Assembly: GCF_039654945.1 (NCBI RefSeq)
Contig: NW_027361804.1
Span: 6,448,001 to 6,512,000, forward strand
Origin: Dendrobates tinctorius
Taxonomy: Eukaryota
Direction: 5' to 3'
DNA: 64,000 bases
Position numbers and translations under genes: made by a program. The notes under the pieces were generated by a model that was given only the letters and a program-made list of their open reading frames with translations, had not been told where the DNA came from and did no database searches. Of the stretch, positions 23,887 through 37,500 are shown one piece after another. The stretch's first letter is position 1; every line of letters starts with the position of its first letter.

Positions 23887-26800
23887 ATGGACTCCAGCGC
23901 GGAGTGGGGAACCGGAGCCAGGTACAAGGGAGACCCCCAGCATCCCCATAATAGACAGACCCCCAGCATCCCCCTAATACACAGACCTCCCAGCATCCCC
24001 CTAATACACAGACCTCCCAGCATCCCCCTAATACACAGACCCCCCAGCATCCCCCCAAGACACAGACCTCCCAGCATCCCCCTAATACACAGACCTCCCA
24101 GCATCCCCCTAATACACAGACCCCCCAGCATCCCCCCAAGACACAGACCCCCCAGCATCCCCCTAATACACAGACCTCCCAGCATCCCCCTAATACACAG
24201 ACCCCCCAGCATCCCCCTAATACACAGACCTCCCAGCATCCCCCCTAATACACAGACCCCCCAGCATCCCCCTAATACACAAACCTCCCAGCATCCCCCT
24301 AATACACAGACCCCCCAGCATCCCCCTAATACACAGACCCCCCAGTATCCCCCCTAATACACAGACCCCCCAGCATCCCCCCAAGACACAGACCCCCCAG
24401 CATCCCCCTAATACACAGACCCCCCAGTATCCCCCCTAATACACAGACCCCCCAGCATCCCCCCAAGACACAGACCCCCCAGCATCCCCCTAATACACAG
24501 ACCTCCCAGCATCCCCCTAATACACAGACCCCCCAGCATCCCCCTAATACACAGACCTCCCAGCATCCCCCCTAATACACAGACCCCCCAGCATCCCCCC
24601 AAGACACAGACCCCCCAGCATCCCCCTAATACACAGACCTCCCAGCATCCCCCTAATACACAGACCCCCCAGCATCCCCCTAATACACAGACCCCCCCAG
24701 CATCCCCCCAAGACACAGACCCCCCAGCATCCCCCTAATACACAGACCCCCCAGTATCCCCCTAATACACAGACCCCCCAGCATCCCCCTAATACAGACC
24801 CCCCAGCATCCCCCTAATACACAGACCCCCCAGCATCCCCCCTAATACACAGACCCCCCAGCATCCCCCTAATACACAGACCCCCCAGCATCCCCCCTAA
24901 TACACAGACCCCCCAGCATCCCCCCTAATACACAGACCCCCCGCATCCCCCCTAATACACAGACCCCCGGAATCCCCCCTAATACACAGACCCCCCAGCA
25001 TCCCCCCTAATACACAGACCCCCCAGCATCCCCCCTAATACACAGACCCCCCAGCATCCCCCCTAATACACAGACCCCCCAGCATCCCCCCTAATACACA
25101 GACCTCCCAGCATCCCCCTAATACACAGACCCCCCAGCATCCCCCCTAATACAGAGAGACCCCCCAGCATCCCCCTAATACAGAGAGACCCCCCAGCATC
25201 CCCCTAATACAGAGAGACCCCCAGCATCCCCCTAATACAGAGAGACCCCCCAGCATCCCCCTTATACAGAGAGACCCCCCAGCATCCCCCTAATACAGAG
25301 AGACCCCCCAGCATCCCCCTAATACAGAGAGACCCCCCAGCATCCCCCTAATACAGAGACCCCCCAGCATCCCCCTAATACAGAGAGACCCCCCAGCATC
25401 CCCCTAATACAGAGAGACCCCCCAGCATCCCCCTAATACAGAGAGACCCCCCAGCATCCCCCTAATACAGAGAGACCCCCCAGCATCCCCCTAATACAGA
25501 GAGACCCCCCAGCATCCCCCTAATACAGAGAGACCCCCCAGCATCCCCCTAATACAGAGAGACCCCCCAGCATCCCCCTAATACAGAGAGACCCCCCAGC
25601 ATCCCCCTAATACAGAGAGACCCCCCAGCATCCCCCTAATACAGAGAGACCCCCCAGCATCCCCCTAATACAGAGAGACCCCCCAGCATCCCCCTAATAC
25701 AGAGAGACCCCCCAGCATCCCCCTAATACAGAGAGACCCCCCAGCATCCCCCTAATACAGAGAGACCCCCCAGCATCCCCCTAATACAGAGAGACCCCCC
25801 AGCATCCCCCTAATACAGAGAGACCCCCCAGCATCCCCCTAATACAGAGAGACCCCCCAGCATCCCCCTAATACAGAGAGACCCCCCAGCATCCCCCTAA
25901 TACAGAGAGACCCCCCAGCATCCCCCTAATACAGAGAGACCCCCCAGCATCCCCCTAATACAGAGAGACCCCCCAGCATCCCCCTAATACAGAGAGACCC
26001 CCCAGCATCCCCCTAATACAGAGAGACCCCCCAGCATCCCCCTAATACAGAGAGACCCCCCAGCATCCCCCTAATACAGAGAGACCCCCCAGCATCCCCC
26101 TAATACAGAGAGACCCCCCAGCATCCCCCTAATACAGAGAGACCCCCCAGCATCCCCCTAATACAGAGAGACCCCCCAGCATCCCCCTAATACAGAGAGA
26201 CCCCCCAGCATCCCCCTAATACAGAGAGACCCCCCAGCATCCCCCTAATACAGAGAGACCCCCCAGCATCCCCCTAATACAGAGAGACCCCCCAGCATCC
26301 CCCTAATACAGAGAGACCCCCCAGCATCCCCCTAATACAGAGAGACCCCCCAGCATCCCCCTAATACAGAGAGACCCCCCAGCATCCCCCTAATACAGAG
26401 AGACCCCCCAGCATCCCCCTAATACAGAGAGACCCCCCAGCATCCCCCTAATACAGAGAGACCCCCCAGCATCCCCCTAATACAGAGAGACCCCCCAGCA
26501 TCCCCCTAATACAGAGAGACCCCCCAGCATCCCCCTAATACAGAGAGACCCCCCAGCATCCCCCTAATACACAGAGACCCCCCAGCATCCCCCTAATACA
26601 CAGAGACCCCCCAGCATCCCCCTAATACAGAGACCCCCCAGCATCCCCCTAATACAGAGAGACCCCCCAGCATCCCCCTAATACAGAGAGACCCCCCAGC
26701 ATCCCCCTAATACAGAGAGACCCCCCAGCATCCCCCTAATACAGAGAGACCCCCCAGCATCCCCCTAATACAGAGAGACCCCCCAGCATCCCCCTAATAC

Positions 26801-29800
26801 AGAGAGACCCCCCAGCATCCCCCTAATACAGAGAGACCCCCCAGCATCCCCCTAATACAGAGAGACCCCCCAGCATCCCCCTAATACAGAGAGACCCCCC
26901 AGCATCCCCCTAATACAGAGAGACCCCCCAGCATCCCCCTAATACAGAGAGACCCCCCAGCATCCCCCTAATACACAGACCCCCCAGCATCCCCCTAATA
27001 CACAGACCCCCCAGCATCCCCCTAATACACAGACCCCCCAGCATCCCCCCTAATACACAGACCCCCAGCATCCCCCCTAATACACAGACCCCCCAGCATC
27101 CCCCTAATACAGAGAGACCCCCCAGCATCCCCCTAATACAGAGAGACCCCCCAGCATCCCCCTAATACACAGAGACCCCCCAGCATCCCCCTAATACAGA
27201 GAGACCCCCCAGCATCCCCCTAATACAGAGAGACCCCCCAGCATCCCCCTAATACAGAGAGACCCCCCAGCATCCCCCTAATACAGAGAGACCCCCCAGC
27301 ATCCCCCTAATACAGAGAGACCCCCCAGCATCCCCCTAATACAGAGAGACCCCCCAGCATCCCCCTAATACAGAGAGACCCCCCAGCATCCCCCTAATAC
27401 AGAGAGACCCCCCAGCATCCCCCTAATACAGAGAGACCCCCCAGCATCCCCCTAATACAGAGAGACCCCCCAGCATCCCCCTAATACAGAGAGACCCCCC
27501 AGCATCCCCCTAATACACAGACCCCCCAGCATCCCCCTAATACACAGACCCCCCAGCATCCCCCTAATACACAGACCCCCCAGCATCCCCCCTAATACAC
27601 AGACCCCCAGCATCCCCCCTAATACACAGACCCCCCAGCATCCCCCTAATACACAGACCCCCAGCATCCCCCCTAATACACAGACCCCCAGCATCCCCCC
27701 TAATACACAGACCCCCAGCATCCCCCCTAATACACAGACCCCCAGCATCCCCCCTAATACACAGACCCCCCCAGCATCCCCCTAATACACAGACCCCCCC
27801 AGTATCCCCCTAATACACAGACCCCCCAGTATCCCCCCTAATACACAGACCCCCCAGCATCCCCCCTAATACACAGACCCCCAGCATCCCCCCTAATACA
27901 CAGACCCCCCCAGCATCCCCCCAAGACACAGACCCCCCAGCATCCCCCCTAATACACAGACCCCCCAGCATCCCCCCTAATACACAGACCCCCCAGCATC
28001 CCCCCTAATACACAGACCCCCCAGCATCCCCCCTAATACACAGACCCCCCAGCATCCCCCCTAATACACAGACCCCCCAGCATCCCCCCTAATACACAGA
28101 CGCCCCAGCATCCCCCCTAATACACAGACCTCCCAGCATCCCCCTAATACAGAGAGACCCCCCAGCATCCCCCTAATACAGAGAGACCCCCCAGCATCCC
28201 CCTAATACAGAGAGACCCCCCAGCATCCCCCTAATACAGAGAGACCCCCCAGCATCCCCCTAATACACAGACCCCCATCCTCCTCACCTAATACACAGAC
28301 CCCCCAGCATCCTCCCTAATACACAGACCCCCCCCATCCTCCTCACCTAATACAGACCCCCCAGCATCCCCCCTAATACACAGACCCCCATCGTACTCCC
28401 CTTCTCTCTTACGCAGCAATTACTTTCTGTTTCCAGTATCTTGGATGATGAGAATCTCCGGCTTCGGCAGCTGAAGTTGCACAATCAGGTTCGGTAATTG
28501 TTGTGGCGCCAGGATTGTGCGTGTACTGTGGGATGTAGGTTTGGAGTGGGGTGTGGGTTTGGCGTGGGGTGTGTGTACTGTGGGATGCAGGTTTGGTGTG
28601 GGGTGTGGGTTTGGCGTGGGGTGTGTGTACTGTGGGATGCAGGTTTGGTGTGGGGTGTGGGTTTGGCGTGGGGTGTGTGTACTGTGGGATGCAGGTTTGG
28701 TGTGGGGTGCGTGTACTGTGGGATGCAGGTTTGGTGTGGGGTGCGCGTACGGTTGATTGTCGTGTGTATGATTGGGTGCGGGTATGGTTGGGTGTCAGGT
28801 AAGCTTCGTTGTAGGGTGTGGGTATAGTTGGGTGTCGGGTATGGGTGGGTGTGCGGTGCTGGTATTGCGGGTACAGTTCGGTGTGGGGTGCGTGTATGGT
28901 TAGTTGTGGGGTGCCCCTGTATGGTTAGGATGTGAGTACTTTGAGATGTGGGATGTGAGTACAGCTCGGTGTCGGGGGCATGTACTGTGGTGGTGCGCGG
29001 TGGGGTGTGATACATCTCCATGTGCTCTATGTGCTGACTCCTCTGTCTCCTCTCTCTGCTGCCGTCGTCTTCGGTTGTAACCAGTGATACAATCTATAAG
29101 TTTTGTATTTTGGGCCCCGTCCAGTCCCTCTGCTCCTTTCTCTGCGCTCCTTTCTCGAGGCCCCTGACTTCGGGGCCCTTGGCTCCCCGCTTCTGACTCC
29201 ACTCTCCTTACTCGGGGCCCTTGACTCCGCGTTTCTGACTCCACGCTCTTGACTCTGATCACCTGACTCTGCAGCGCTCCCTGCTGGAGATGAAGCAGAA
29301 GAGGCGGCGTCAGGAGGCGCATATGGTGCTGCCAAATCAGGAGCCCCGATCACTAAGAGGTAGAAGCAAGAGGAGCGAGGAGCATGCACCCCTGATGCAG
29401 CACAAGAGCCCCCGATCTAAACCTGCAGACGTCGTCTTACATGGTGAGTGTGGACCCCAAATACTCCCGGACCCCTCATATTGGAAGTCACTGCTTGGAT
29501 ATTACCAGCAATGTCCAGACGGTGGCAGCACAGGATAATATAGGGACATGGTTGGCTGTCTGTGCATACAGCCGGCACCTGCGGCATGGACCACCGTGTC
29601 TTTTCGGCTTCCTTTACCTGTGTGACCGAGGGGGCTGCATTGTTAATCCCATGACGCCACATTGTATCGTAGGCATCGATGGACCCGCCGCGCTCCACAC
29701 CACCAAGGAGCTGGAGTTTAAGATCCACATTCTGTCCGTGGGAGAAACCTGCCCTGATGAGATCACATCGGACGACTCCAGGCCGAACTCCGGCACGGCA

Positions 29801-32070
29801 AACACGAGGCCTGGATCCCCCCAGAGCAAACCCACCGCCTCCCCAAGAGAATGGAAAGGCAAATTCCAAATATCTGAGACCAATCGCCAATCCGGTAACG
29901 GCAACACCCAGAGCGACGTCAAAGAGGCGAAGCCCCAACCTGCTCCCCCCAGCGAGCCCACAACCAACTATAGCTCTGAAGAGGAAGAAGAGACCCCCAG
30001 AAAGAAAGAGGTGTCTAAACAGCACCTCCAAAAAATGCTAAAGAAAAGGGGTGAGTGTTCATTTGCTGCTCCAGAGCTGCGCTCACTGTTCTGCTCATGG
30101 TGGCTGGAGGGTCAGCTCTTGGGGTTTCACTGCTTTATCATCTCCTGACTTCTCCCAGGAATATCGGACAGTCTTAAGTTTGATGAGGAGTCTTCTGACG
30201 AGGGGGCGCCAGAGTCGGGGACTCGGCCGGGATCAGCCTCCAGTAAGAAGTCCCAGGCGGTGAGTACCAGACCTCGGATTCTTGCTGTAGCCCCTCCTCT
30301 TCCTGCTATGTTAACCCCTTCCTGCGTGTCACGCAGGACTTGGCCTTTCCAGACACCGCTCCAGAAGCACTGTCCGGAGACACGGTGGACGTGGGAGACC
30401 TGAAGGAGTTCGCTTTACGCCCAGCACCTCGTGGCATCACTATAAGGTGCCGAATCAGCCGCGACAAGAAGGGGGTGGACCGCGGCCTGTACCCGACGTA
30501 CTACATGCACCAGGAGAAGGACGACAGCCGGAAGGTGAGAGAAGAGGGGCAGCCATGACTGGGGGTCTCCGAGTGCAGGCACCCCCCGTCATCAGTCCTG
30601 ACTTGTCTCCACTGTCGTCTCTTGTAGCTTTTCCTTCTCGCTGGTAGGAAGAGGAAAAAGAGCAAAACCTCCAATTACCTGATCTCCGTCGACCCCACTG
30701 ACATGTCGCGAGAAGGGGGCAATTTTATAGGAAAACTCCGGTGTGTGAGACAAGATGGCTGCTTGCTGACGTGCTCCACTGGTTCTTTTCTGTTAACCCT
30801 CTGTTGTCTTCCAATTAGATCCAACCTAATGGGGACCAAGTTCACCGTGTACGATGATGGCGTTAATCCGACCAAGGCCCGTGGGCTACCGGAGAGCAGC
30901 GGCGTACGGCAGGAGCTGGCGGCGGTCTGTTACGTAGGTGTAGTGCTGGGATCTGGGGTAAGGTCCCCCCCGCGGATCCGGTATTTACCCCCAGTGTCCT
31001 CCCACAGGAGACAAACGTCCTGGGCTTTAAGGGGCCGAGGAAGATGTCTGTCCTGATACCGGGGATGAATATCAACCACGAGCGCATCCCGTTCCAGCCA
31101 CAAAATGTGAGTTGTTTAAGCCTTTTTGCTGTTAGGGCTTTATAGGAACAATTCGGCAGCCAGAAATGGCGCCACCATGGGCTGTGTTATGGTATTACAG
31201 CTTTGTGAATGAGCTGTAATATCGGAAAGAGCCATGTGGAGAAGATGGCGCTGTGTCTGCGGTCACTGAGGTCTCTCGTGTTTCAGGATTCAGAGAGTCT
31301 TCTTTCTCGGTGGCAAAGCAAACGTCAGGAGAATATCATCGAGCTGCACAACAAGGCCCCGGTGTGGAACGACGACACGCAGTCCTACGTGTTGAACTTT
31401 CACGGCCGCGTCACTCACGCCTCCGTCAAGAACTTCCAGATCGTACACGACAATGATCGTGAGTCTGTGGCCCTCCCCCCTCCTCTGCACAGCCCCCCTC
31501 TTTCTCCTCCTATTCTGTGACGCCTTCCTTCTCCTATTCTGCTCCGTTCTTCCTCCCATTCTGCTCCTCTTCTTCCTCCCATTCTGCTCCTCTTCTTCCA
31601 CTGCGTCGCCCTTCTCCTCTTCCACTGTGCAGCTCCTGTTTCTCTTCCTATTCTGCGCCGCCCTCCTCCTCGTCATCCTCTTCCTCCTCAGCACCATCCT
31701 GATCCTCCTCTGCTCCGTCCTCCTATTACTCCGCTCTGACCTCCTCATCTGCTCCGTCATCCTCTTCCTCTGCACCGCCCTTCTCCTTCTGACCCACCCT
31801 TCTTCTCCTCTGTGCCACTCTCTTCTCCTTCTGACCCGCCCTTCTCCTCCTCTGTGCCACTCTCTTCTCCTTCTGACCCGCCCTTCTCTTCCTCTTCCAC
31901 TCTCTTCTCTCCTGACTGCGGCTTCTCTGTCTCCAGCCGAGTACATCGTCATGCAGTTCGGCCGGGTGGCGGAGGACCTGTTCACCCTGGACTACAGCTA
32001 CCCGCTCTGCGCCCTGCAGGCGTTCTCCGTGGCGCTCTCTAGTTTTGACAGCAAGTTGGCGTGTGAGTGA
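23887..32070 (+). CDS. TULP3: Tubby-related protein 3 (521 aa); exons 23887-23921, 28437-28488, 29275-29443, 29673-30050, 30159-30259, 30337-30534, 30628-30740, 30819-30933, 31008-31106, 31287-31458, 31937-32070
   Basis: All introns GT-AG and in phase (total 1566 nt). IFT-A-binding N-terminal helix ([21 protein letters not shown]), VLH|GIDGPAA, and a complete tubby domain ending [10 protein letters not shown]. Neighbour of RHNO1 and lacks the TUB-specific exon. Confidence 0.92.
23930..28390. repeat. 4.4-kb 29-bp minisatellite (CCCCCCAGCATCCCCCTAATACAGAGAGA) filling TULP3 intron 1
   Basis: Tandem copies with a highly homogeneous core at ~25150-27500. Confidence 0.97.
28510..28745. repeat. ~52-bp GT-rich tandem repeat in TULP3 intron 2
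   Basis: GTGTACTGTGGGATGCAGGTTTGGTGTGGGG copies. Confidence 0.85.
31470..31915. repeat. Pyrimidine-rich low-complexity tract in TULP3 intron 10
   Basis: CTC/TTC-rich; imperfect repeats of about 42 bp at the 3' end. Confidence 0.75.
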
Positions 32071-32569
32071 TGGAGAAGCCGGAGGCGAAGGGACAGACTG
32101 CCATCACATTAAACCTGCACAATCTGCGGGACGAGAGGAGCCGCCGTCCGTGCCTTTAATAGTTCCAAATATCCAGCGGCTGTGGGAGCCGAGCCCCTCG
32201 CTACTCTGCTGCCCCCTCCACCCGCTGCCCGCCCTGTGTATCTAGTTAATGCTTTGCACATAGAAGTCACGTGTCCTTACACGTAATGTACAGCTCTGTG
32301 TATCTGGGGTCTCCTGTGTACAGCTCCATATATCTGGGGGTCTCCCGTGTGCAGCACCATGTGCATGGGTTTCCCGTGTACTGCGTTGTGGATATGGATG
32401 TCTCCTGTGTACAGTGCTGTGTATCTGAGGGTGCCCCATGTATCTTGGTTTCCCCTGTGCACAGCTTTGTGTTTATTGGGTCTCCCGTATCGGGCTCCGT
32501 GTATATGGGGGGTTTTCCCCGTGTACAGCGTTATGTATATGGGGATCCTCAGTCTACAGCATTGTGTTT

Positions 32570-33010
32570 ATGGGGGTCTCCCGTGTACGTGCTGCATAGC
32601 GGCGGGGGGGTCTCCTGTGTAGTGTATGTGCTGTATAGCGGGGGGGTCTCCTGTGTACGTGCTGTATAGCGGGGGGGTCTCCTGTGTACGTGCTGTATAG
32701 CGGGGGGGTCTCCTGTGTACGTGTTGTATAGCGGCAGGGGGGTCTCCTGTGTACGTGTTGTATAGCGGCAGGGGGGTCTCCTGTGTACGTGTTGTATAGC
32801 GGCAGGGGGGTCTCCTGTGTACGTGCTGTATAGCGGGGGGGTCTCCTGTGTACGTGCTGTATAGCGGGGGGGTCTCCCATGTACGTGCTGTATAGCGGGG
32901 GGGTCTCCCGTGTACGTGCTGTATAGCGGGGGGGTCTCCCGTGTACGTGCTGTATAGCGGGGGGGTCTCCCGTGTACGTGCTGTATAGCGGGGGGGTCTC
33001 CTGTGTACGT
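32570..33010. repeat. ~30-bp minisatellite (GGGGGGTCTCCTGTGTACGTGCTGTATAGC) in the probable TULP3 3' UTR
   Basis: Tandem copies. Confidence 0.9.
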
Positions 33011-33109
33011 GCTATATATGATTGCTGCTGCCTTATGTTTGCTTTGTGTACGTAACTATGTATGTAAACTACGACTACAGTCTTAATGTTCAGGCTTGTG
33101 TGCAGCGCT

Positions 33110-33535
33110 GTATACAGAAGCCGCGGTCTCATATTCGGCCTGGTGTGCGGTGCTGGGTACGGAGGCTGTGGTCTCATATTCGGCCTTGTGTGCGGCGCTG
33201 GGTACGGAGGCTGTGGTCTCATATTCGGCCTTGTGTGCGGCGCTGGGTACGGAGGCTGCGGTCTCATATTAGGCCTTGTGTGCGGCACTGGGTACAGAAG
33301 CCGCGGTCTCATATTCGGCCTGGTGTGCGGTGCTGGGTACAGAAGCCGCGGTCTCATATTTGGCCTGGTGTGCGGCACTGGGTACGGAGGCTGTGGTCTC
33401 ATATTCGGCCTGGTGTGCGGCGCTGGGTACGGAGGCTGTGGTCTCATATTCGGCCTTGTGTGCGGCACTGGGTACAGAAGCCGCGGTCTCATATTCGGCC
33501 TGGTGTGCGGCACTGGGTACGGAGGCTGTGGTCTC
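33110..33535. repeat. 45-bp minisatellite in the probable TULP3 3' UTR
   Basis: GGTACGGAGGCTGTGGTCTCATATTCGGCCTTGTGTGCGGCGCTG, about 9 copies. Confidence 0.92.
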
Positions 33536-34207
33536 CTTATTTGTGATCTGTTATGCCAGAGTCTTATAATTAGGTTTTGGCCGGGGTCAGACTTGAGAGA
33601 AACTCGTGTGAGTCTCGCACCTTAATACCCGGCACTGCCGCCGGCACTCGGGACCGGAGTGTGTGTCTGCAGGTATTTCTATGCAGCTGATCGCTCCGGT
33701 TCCGGGTGCTGGCGGCAGTGCCGGGTACTGATGTGAGTTTCTCACGTTGCACTCACAAGTGTGACCCCGGCCTTAGGGTGACTGACTTTGCAGCCCCGGT
33801 CCAGCGGCCTTGTCTGTAGCCCTGACTCCCCCCGCCATTCCCGGCCTGCTGGGAGGTAAGCGGTGGCCACAGATCACTGATGCCGATGGACGAGTCCTGG
33901 GAAACCGATTTGCACCAACTCCAATCTATCCTGAGACTATGACTGACGCCACACTGCCCCCTTGTGCTCGGCCTCTGTATAGTCACGGGGACACATGATC
34001 TGCTGCAAATGGACACCATGACCAAAACAGGGCGACTGTGAGCCGACAAATCCCCCTGTAATGCCTTGTTACAACTCCTATAATGTCAGGTTTGCTGGGA
34101 CTTGTAGTTCTTCTGTTCCCAGTCCTGGGATTCCTGATGTCTGTAATTAGAAGGTAATTATTTTTTCATAATCATTTGATACCAATGAGTGATATACCGG
34201 GCAGCAG

Positions 34208-34227
34208 AACGGCGCCACCTAGTGGTG
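34208..34227 (-). promoter_or_regulatory. Candidate CTCF site
   Basis: Minus strand CCACTAGGTGGCGCC matches the CTCF core; lies between TULP3 and CDKN1B. Confidence 0.55.
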
Positions 34228-34378
34228 GAAGCTCCAGGTGAGCGCTGCCCGGAATCACCCGCCTCCTCGACACCTTTTATATGGAGGATTCAATGTAACT
34301 GCACATCATGAAAAGGGATCATCTGTAATCACCTGATCGCCGGGCGAGATCGGACCGGGTCACATTGTACAACCTGAC

Positions 34379-34384
34379 AATAAA
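34379..34384 (+). terminator. Candidate TULP3 polyadenylation signal
   Basis: First AATAAA seen after the stop codon, followed by GT/T-rich sequence. Confidence 0.5.
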
Positions 34385-34539
34385 ATGATCGGATTTCAGC
34401 TTCTGACCAAAAATCGTGTTTGTGTATTTCTCCCCATAAAGGGGAACGTCACCAAAAATGGGGACAGTGTGGGTTGTCAGAGGGTGCAAGGTGTATTAGA
34501 GGTTGTCAGAGGGTGCGGGGCAGATACTGGGCTGTAAGA

Positions 34540-37500
34540 GGTTGGGGGGGTATATTCCGGGTTGTCGGAGGTTGGGGGTATATTCAGGGGTGCGGGGTAT
34601 ATTTGGGGTTGTCAGGGGGTGCGGGGTATATTCCGGGTTGTCGGAGGCGTGTGGGGTATATTCCGGGTTGTTGGGGGGTGCGGGGTGTGTTCCGGGTTGT
34701 CGGAGGTTGGGGGTATATTCCGGGTTGTGGGGGGTGCGGGGTGTGTTCCGGGTTGTCGGAGGTTGGGGGTATATTCCGGGTTGTGGGGGGTGTGGGGTAT
34801 ATTCCGGGTTGTCGGGGGGTGCGAGGTCTATTCCGGGTTGTTAGAGGTATAGTCCGGGTTGTCGGGGGGTGCGGGGTGTATTCCGGGTTGTTGGAGGTTG
34901 GGGGTATATTCTGGGTTGTCGAGGGGTGTGGGGTATATTCCGGGTTGGGGGTGTATTCCGGGTTGTCGGGGGGGGGGGGTGCGGGGTGTATTCTGGTTTG
35001 TAGGAGGTTGGGGGGGGTGTATTCCGGGTTGTCGGGGGGGTGCGGGGTGTATTCCGGGTTGTCGGAGGTTGGGGGGTGCATTCCGGGTTGTCGGGCGGGT
35101 GCGGGGTATAGTCCGGGTTGTTGGGGGGTGCGGGGTGTATTCCGGGTTGTTGGGGGGTGCGGGGTATAGTCCGGGTTGTCGGAGTTTGGGGGGTGCGGGG
35201 TGTATTCCGGGTTGTCGGGGGGACTGCGGGGTGTATTCCGGGTTGTCGGGGGGACTGCGGGGTATAGTCCGGGTTGTCGGGGGGACTGCGGGGTATAGTC
35301 CGGGTTGTCGGGGGGACTGCGGGGTATAGTCCGGGTTGTCGGGGGGACTGCGGGGTATAGTCCGGGTTGTCGGGGGGACTGCGGGGTATAGTCCGGGACT
35401 GCGGGGTATAGTCCGGGTTGTCGGGGGGTGCGGGGTGTAGTCCGGGTTGTCGGGGGGTGCGGGGTATAGTCCGGGTTGTTGAGGGGGGTAGTCCGGGTTG
35501 GCGGGGGGTAGTCCAGGTTGCCGGGGGGGGGTAGTCCGGGTTGGCGGGGGGTATAGTCCGGGAGGTGCGGGGGGTAGTCCAGGTTGTCGGGGGGGGGGGG
35601 TATAGTCCGGGTTGTCAGGGGGTGCGGGGTGTAGTCCGGGTTGTCGGGGGGTATAGTCCGGGTTGTATTCTGGGTTGTCGGGGGGTGCGGGGTATAGTCC
35701 GGGTTGGCGGGGGGTAGTCCAGGTTGTCGGGGGGGGGGGGGGGGTATAGTCCGGGTTGTCAGGGGGTGCGGGGTGTAGTCCGGGTTGTCGGGGGGTATAG
35801 TCCGGGTTGTATTCTGGGTTGTCGGGGGGTGCGGGGTATAGTCTGGGTTGTCGGGGGGGTGCGGGGTATAGTCCGGGTTGTCGGGGGGGTGTAGTCCGGG
35901 TTGTCGGGGGGGGGGGGTGTGCAGGGTATAGTCCGGGTTGTCGGGGGGTGTAGTCCGGGTTGTCGGGGGGGGGGTGTGCGGGGTGTAGTCTGGGTTGTCG
36001 GGGGGGGGTGTAGTCTGGGTTGTCGGGGGGGGGGGTGTGGGGTGTAGTCTGGGTTGTCGGGGGGGGGGTGCGGGGTGTAGTCTGGGTTGTCGGGGGGGGG
36101 GGGTGCGGGGTGTAGTCTGGGTTGTCGGGGGGGGGGGTGCGGGGTGTAGTCTGGGTTGTCGGGGGGGGTGCGGGGTGTAGTCTGGGTTGTCGGGGGGGGG
36201 GGGGGGGTGCGGGGTGTAGTCTGGGTTGTCGGGGGGTGCGGGGTGTAGTCTGGGTTGTCGGGGGGGGGGTGCGGGGTGTAGTCTGGGTTGTCGGGGGGGG
36301 TGCGGGGTGTAGTCTGGGTTGTCGGGGGGGGTGCGGGGTGTAGTCTGGGTTGTCGGGGGGGGGGGTGCGGGGTGTAGTCTGGGTTGTCGGGGGGTGCGGG
36401 GTGTAGTCTGGGTTGTCGGGGGGGGGGTGCGGGGTGTAGTCCGGGTTGTCGGGGGGGGGGGGGTGCGGGGTGTAGTCTGGGTTGTCGGGGGGGGGTGCGG
36501 GGTGTAGTCTGGGTCGTCGGGGGGGGGGGGGTGCGGGGTGTAGTCTGGGTTGTCGGGGGGGGGGGGGGTGCGGGGTGTAGTCTGGGTTGTCGGGGGGGGG
36601 GGGTGCGGGGTGTAGTCTGGGTTGTCGGGGGGGGGGGGTGCGGGGTGTAGTCTGGGTTGTCGGGGGGGGGGTGCGGGGTGTAGTCTGGGTTGTCGGGGGG
36701 GGGGGTGCGGGGTGTAGTCTGGGTTGTCGGGGGGGGGGGGGGTGCGGCGTGTAGTCTGGGTTGTCGGGGGGGGGGGGTGCGGGGTGTAGTCTGGGTTGTC
36801 GGGGGGTGCGGGGTGTAGTCTGGGTTGTCGGGGGGGGGGGTGCGGGGTGTAGTCCGGGTTGTCGGGGGGGGGGTGCGGGGTGTAGTCCGGGTTGTCGGGG
36901 GGGGGGGGTGCGGGGTGTAGTCTGGGTTGTCGGGGGGTGCGGGGTGTAGTCTGGGTTGTCGGGGGGGGGGGGTGCGGCGTGTAGTCTGGGTTGTCGGGGG
37001 GGGGGTGCGGGGTGTAGTCTGGGTTGTCGGGGGGGGGGGGGGGTGCGGCGTGTAGTCTGGGTTGTCGGGGGGGGGGTGCGGGGTGTAGTCTGGGTTGTCG
37101 GGGGGGGTGCGGGGTGTAGTCTGTGTTGTCGGGGTGGGGGGGGTGCGGGGTGTAGTCTGTGTTGTCGGGGTGGGGGGGGTGCGGGGTGTAGTCTGGGTTG
37201 TGGGGTGTAGTCTGGGTTGTCGGGGGGGGGGGTGCGGCGTGTAGTCTGGGTTGTCGGGGGGGGGGGGTGCGGGGTGTAGTCTGGGTTGTCGGGGGGGGGG
37301 GTGCGGGGTGTAGTCCGGGTGTGCGGGGGGGGGTGTAGTCTGGGTTGTCGGGGGGGGGGGGGGTGCGGGGTGTAGTCTGGGTTGTCGGGGGGGTGCGGGG
37401 TGTAGTCTGGGTTGTCGGGGGGGGGTGCGGGGTGTAGTCTGTGTTGTCGGGGTGGGGGGGGGTGCGGGGTGTAGTCTGTGTTGTCGGGGGGGGGGTGCGG

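Noticed and set aside
31453-31936. Hydrophobic, membrane-protein-like ORF
   Set aside because: CT-rich intron 10 of TULP3 that happens to be in frame with the last exon.
23887-32070. Assignment of the tubby gene as TUB or TULP1
   Set aside because: RHNO1 adjacency, the VLH|GIDGPAA junction and the 11-exon structure fit TULP3.
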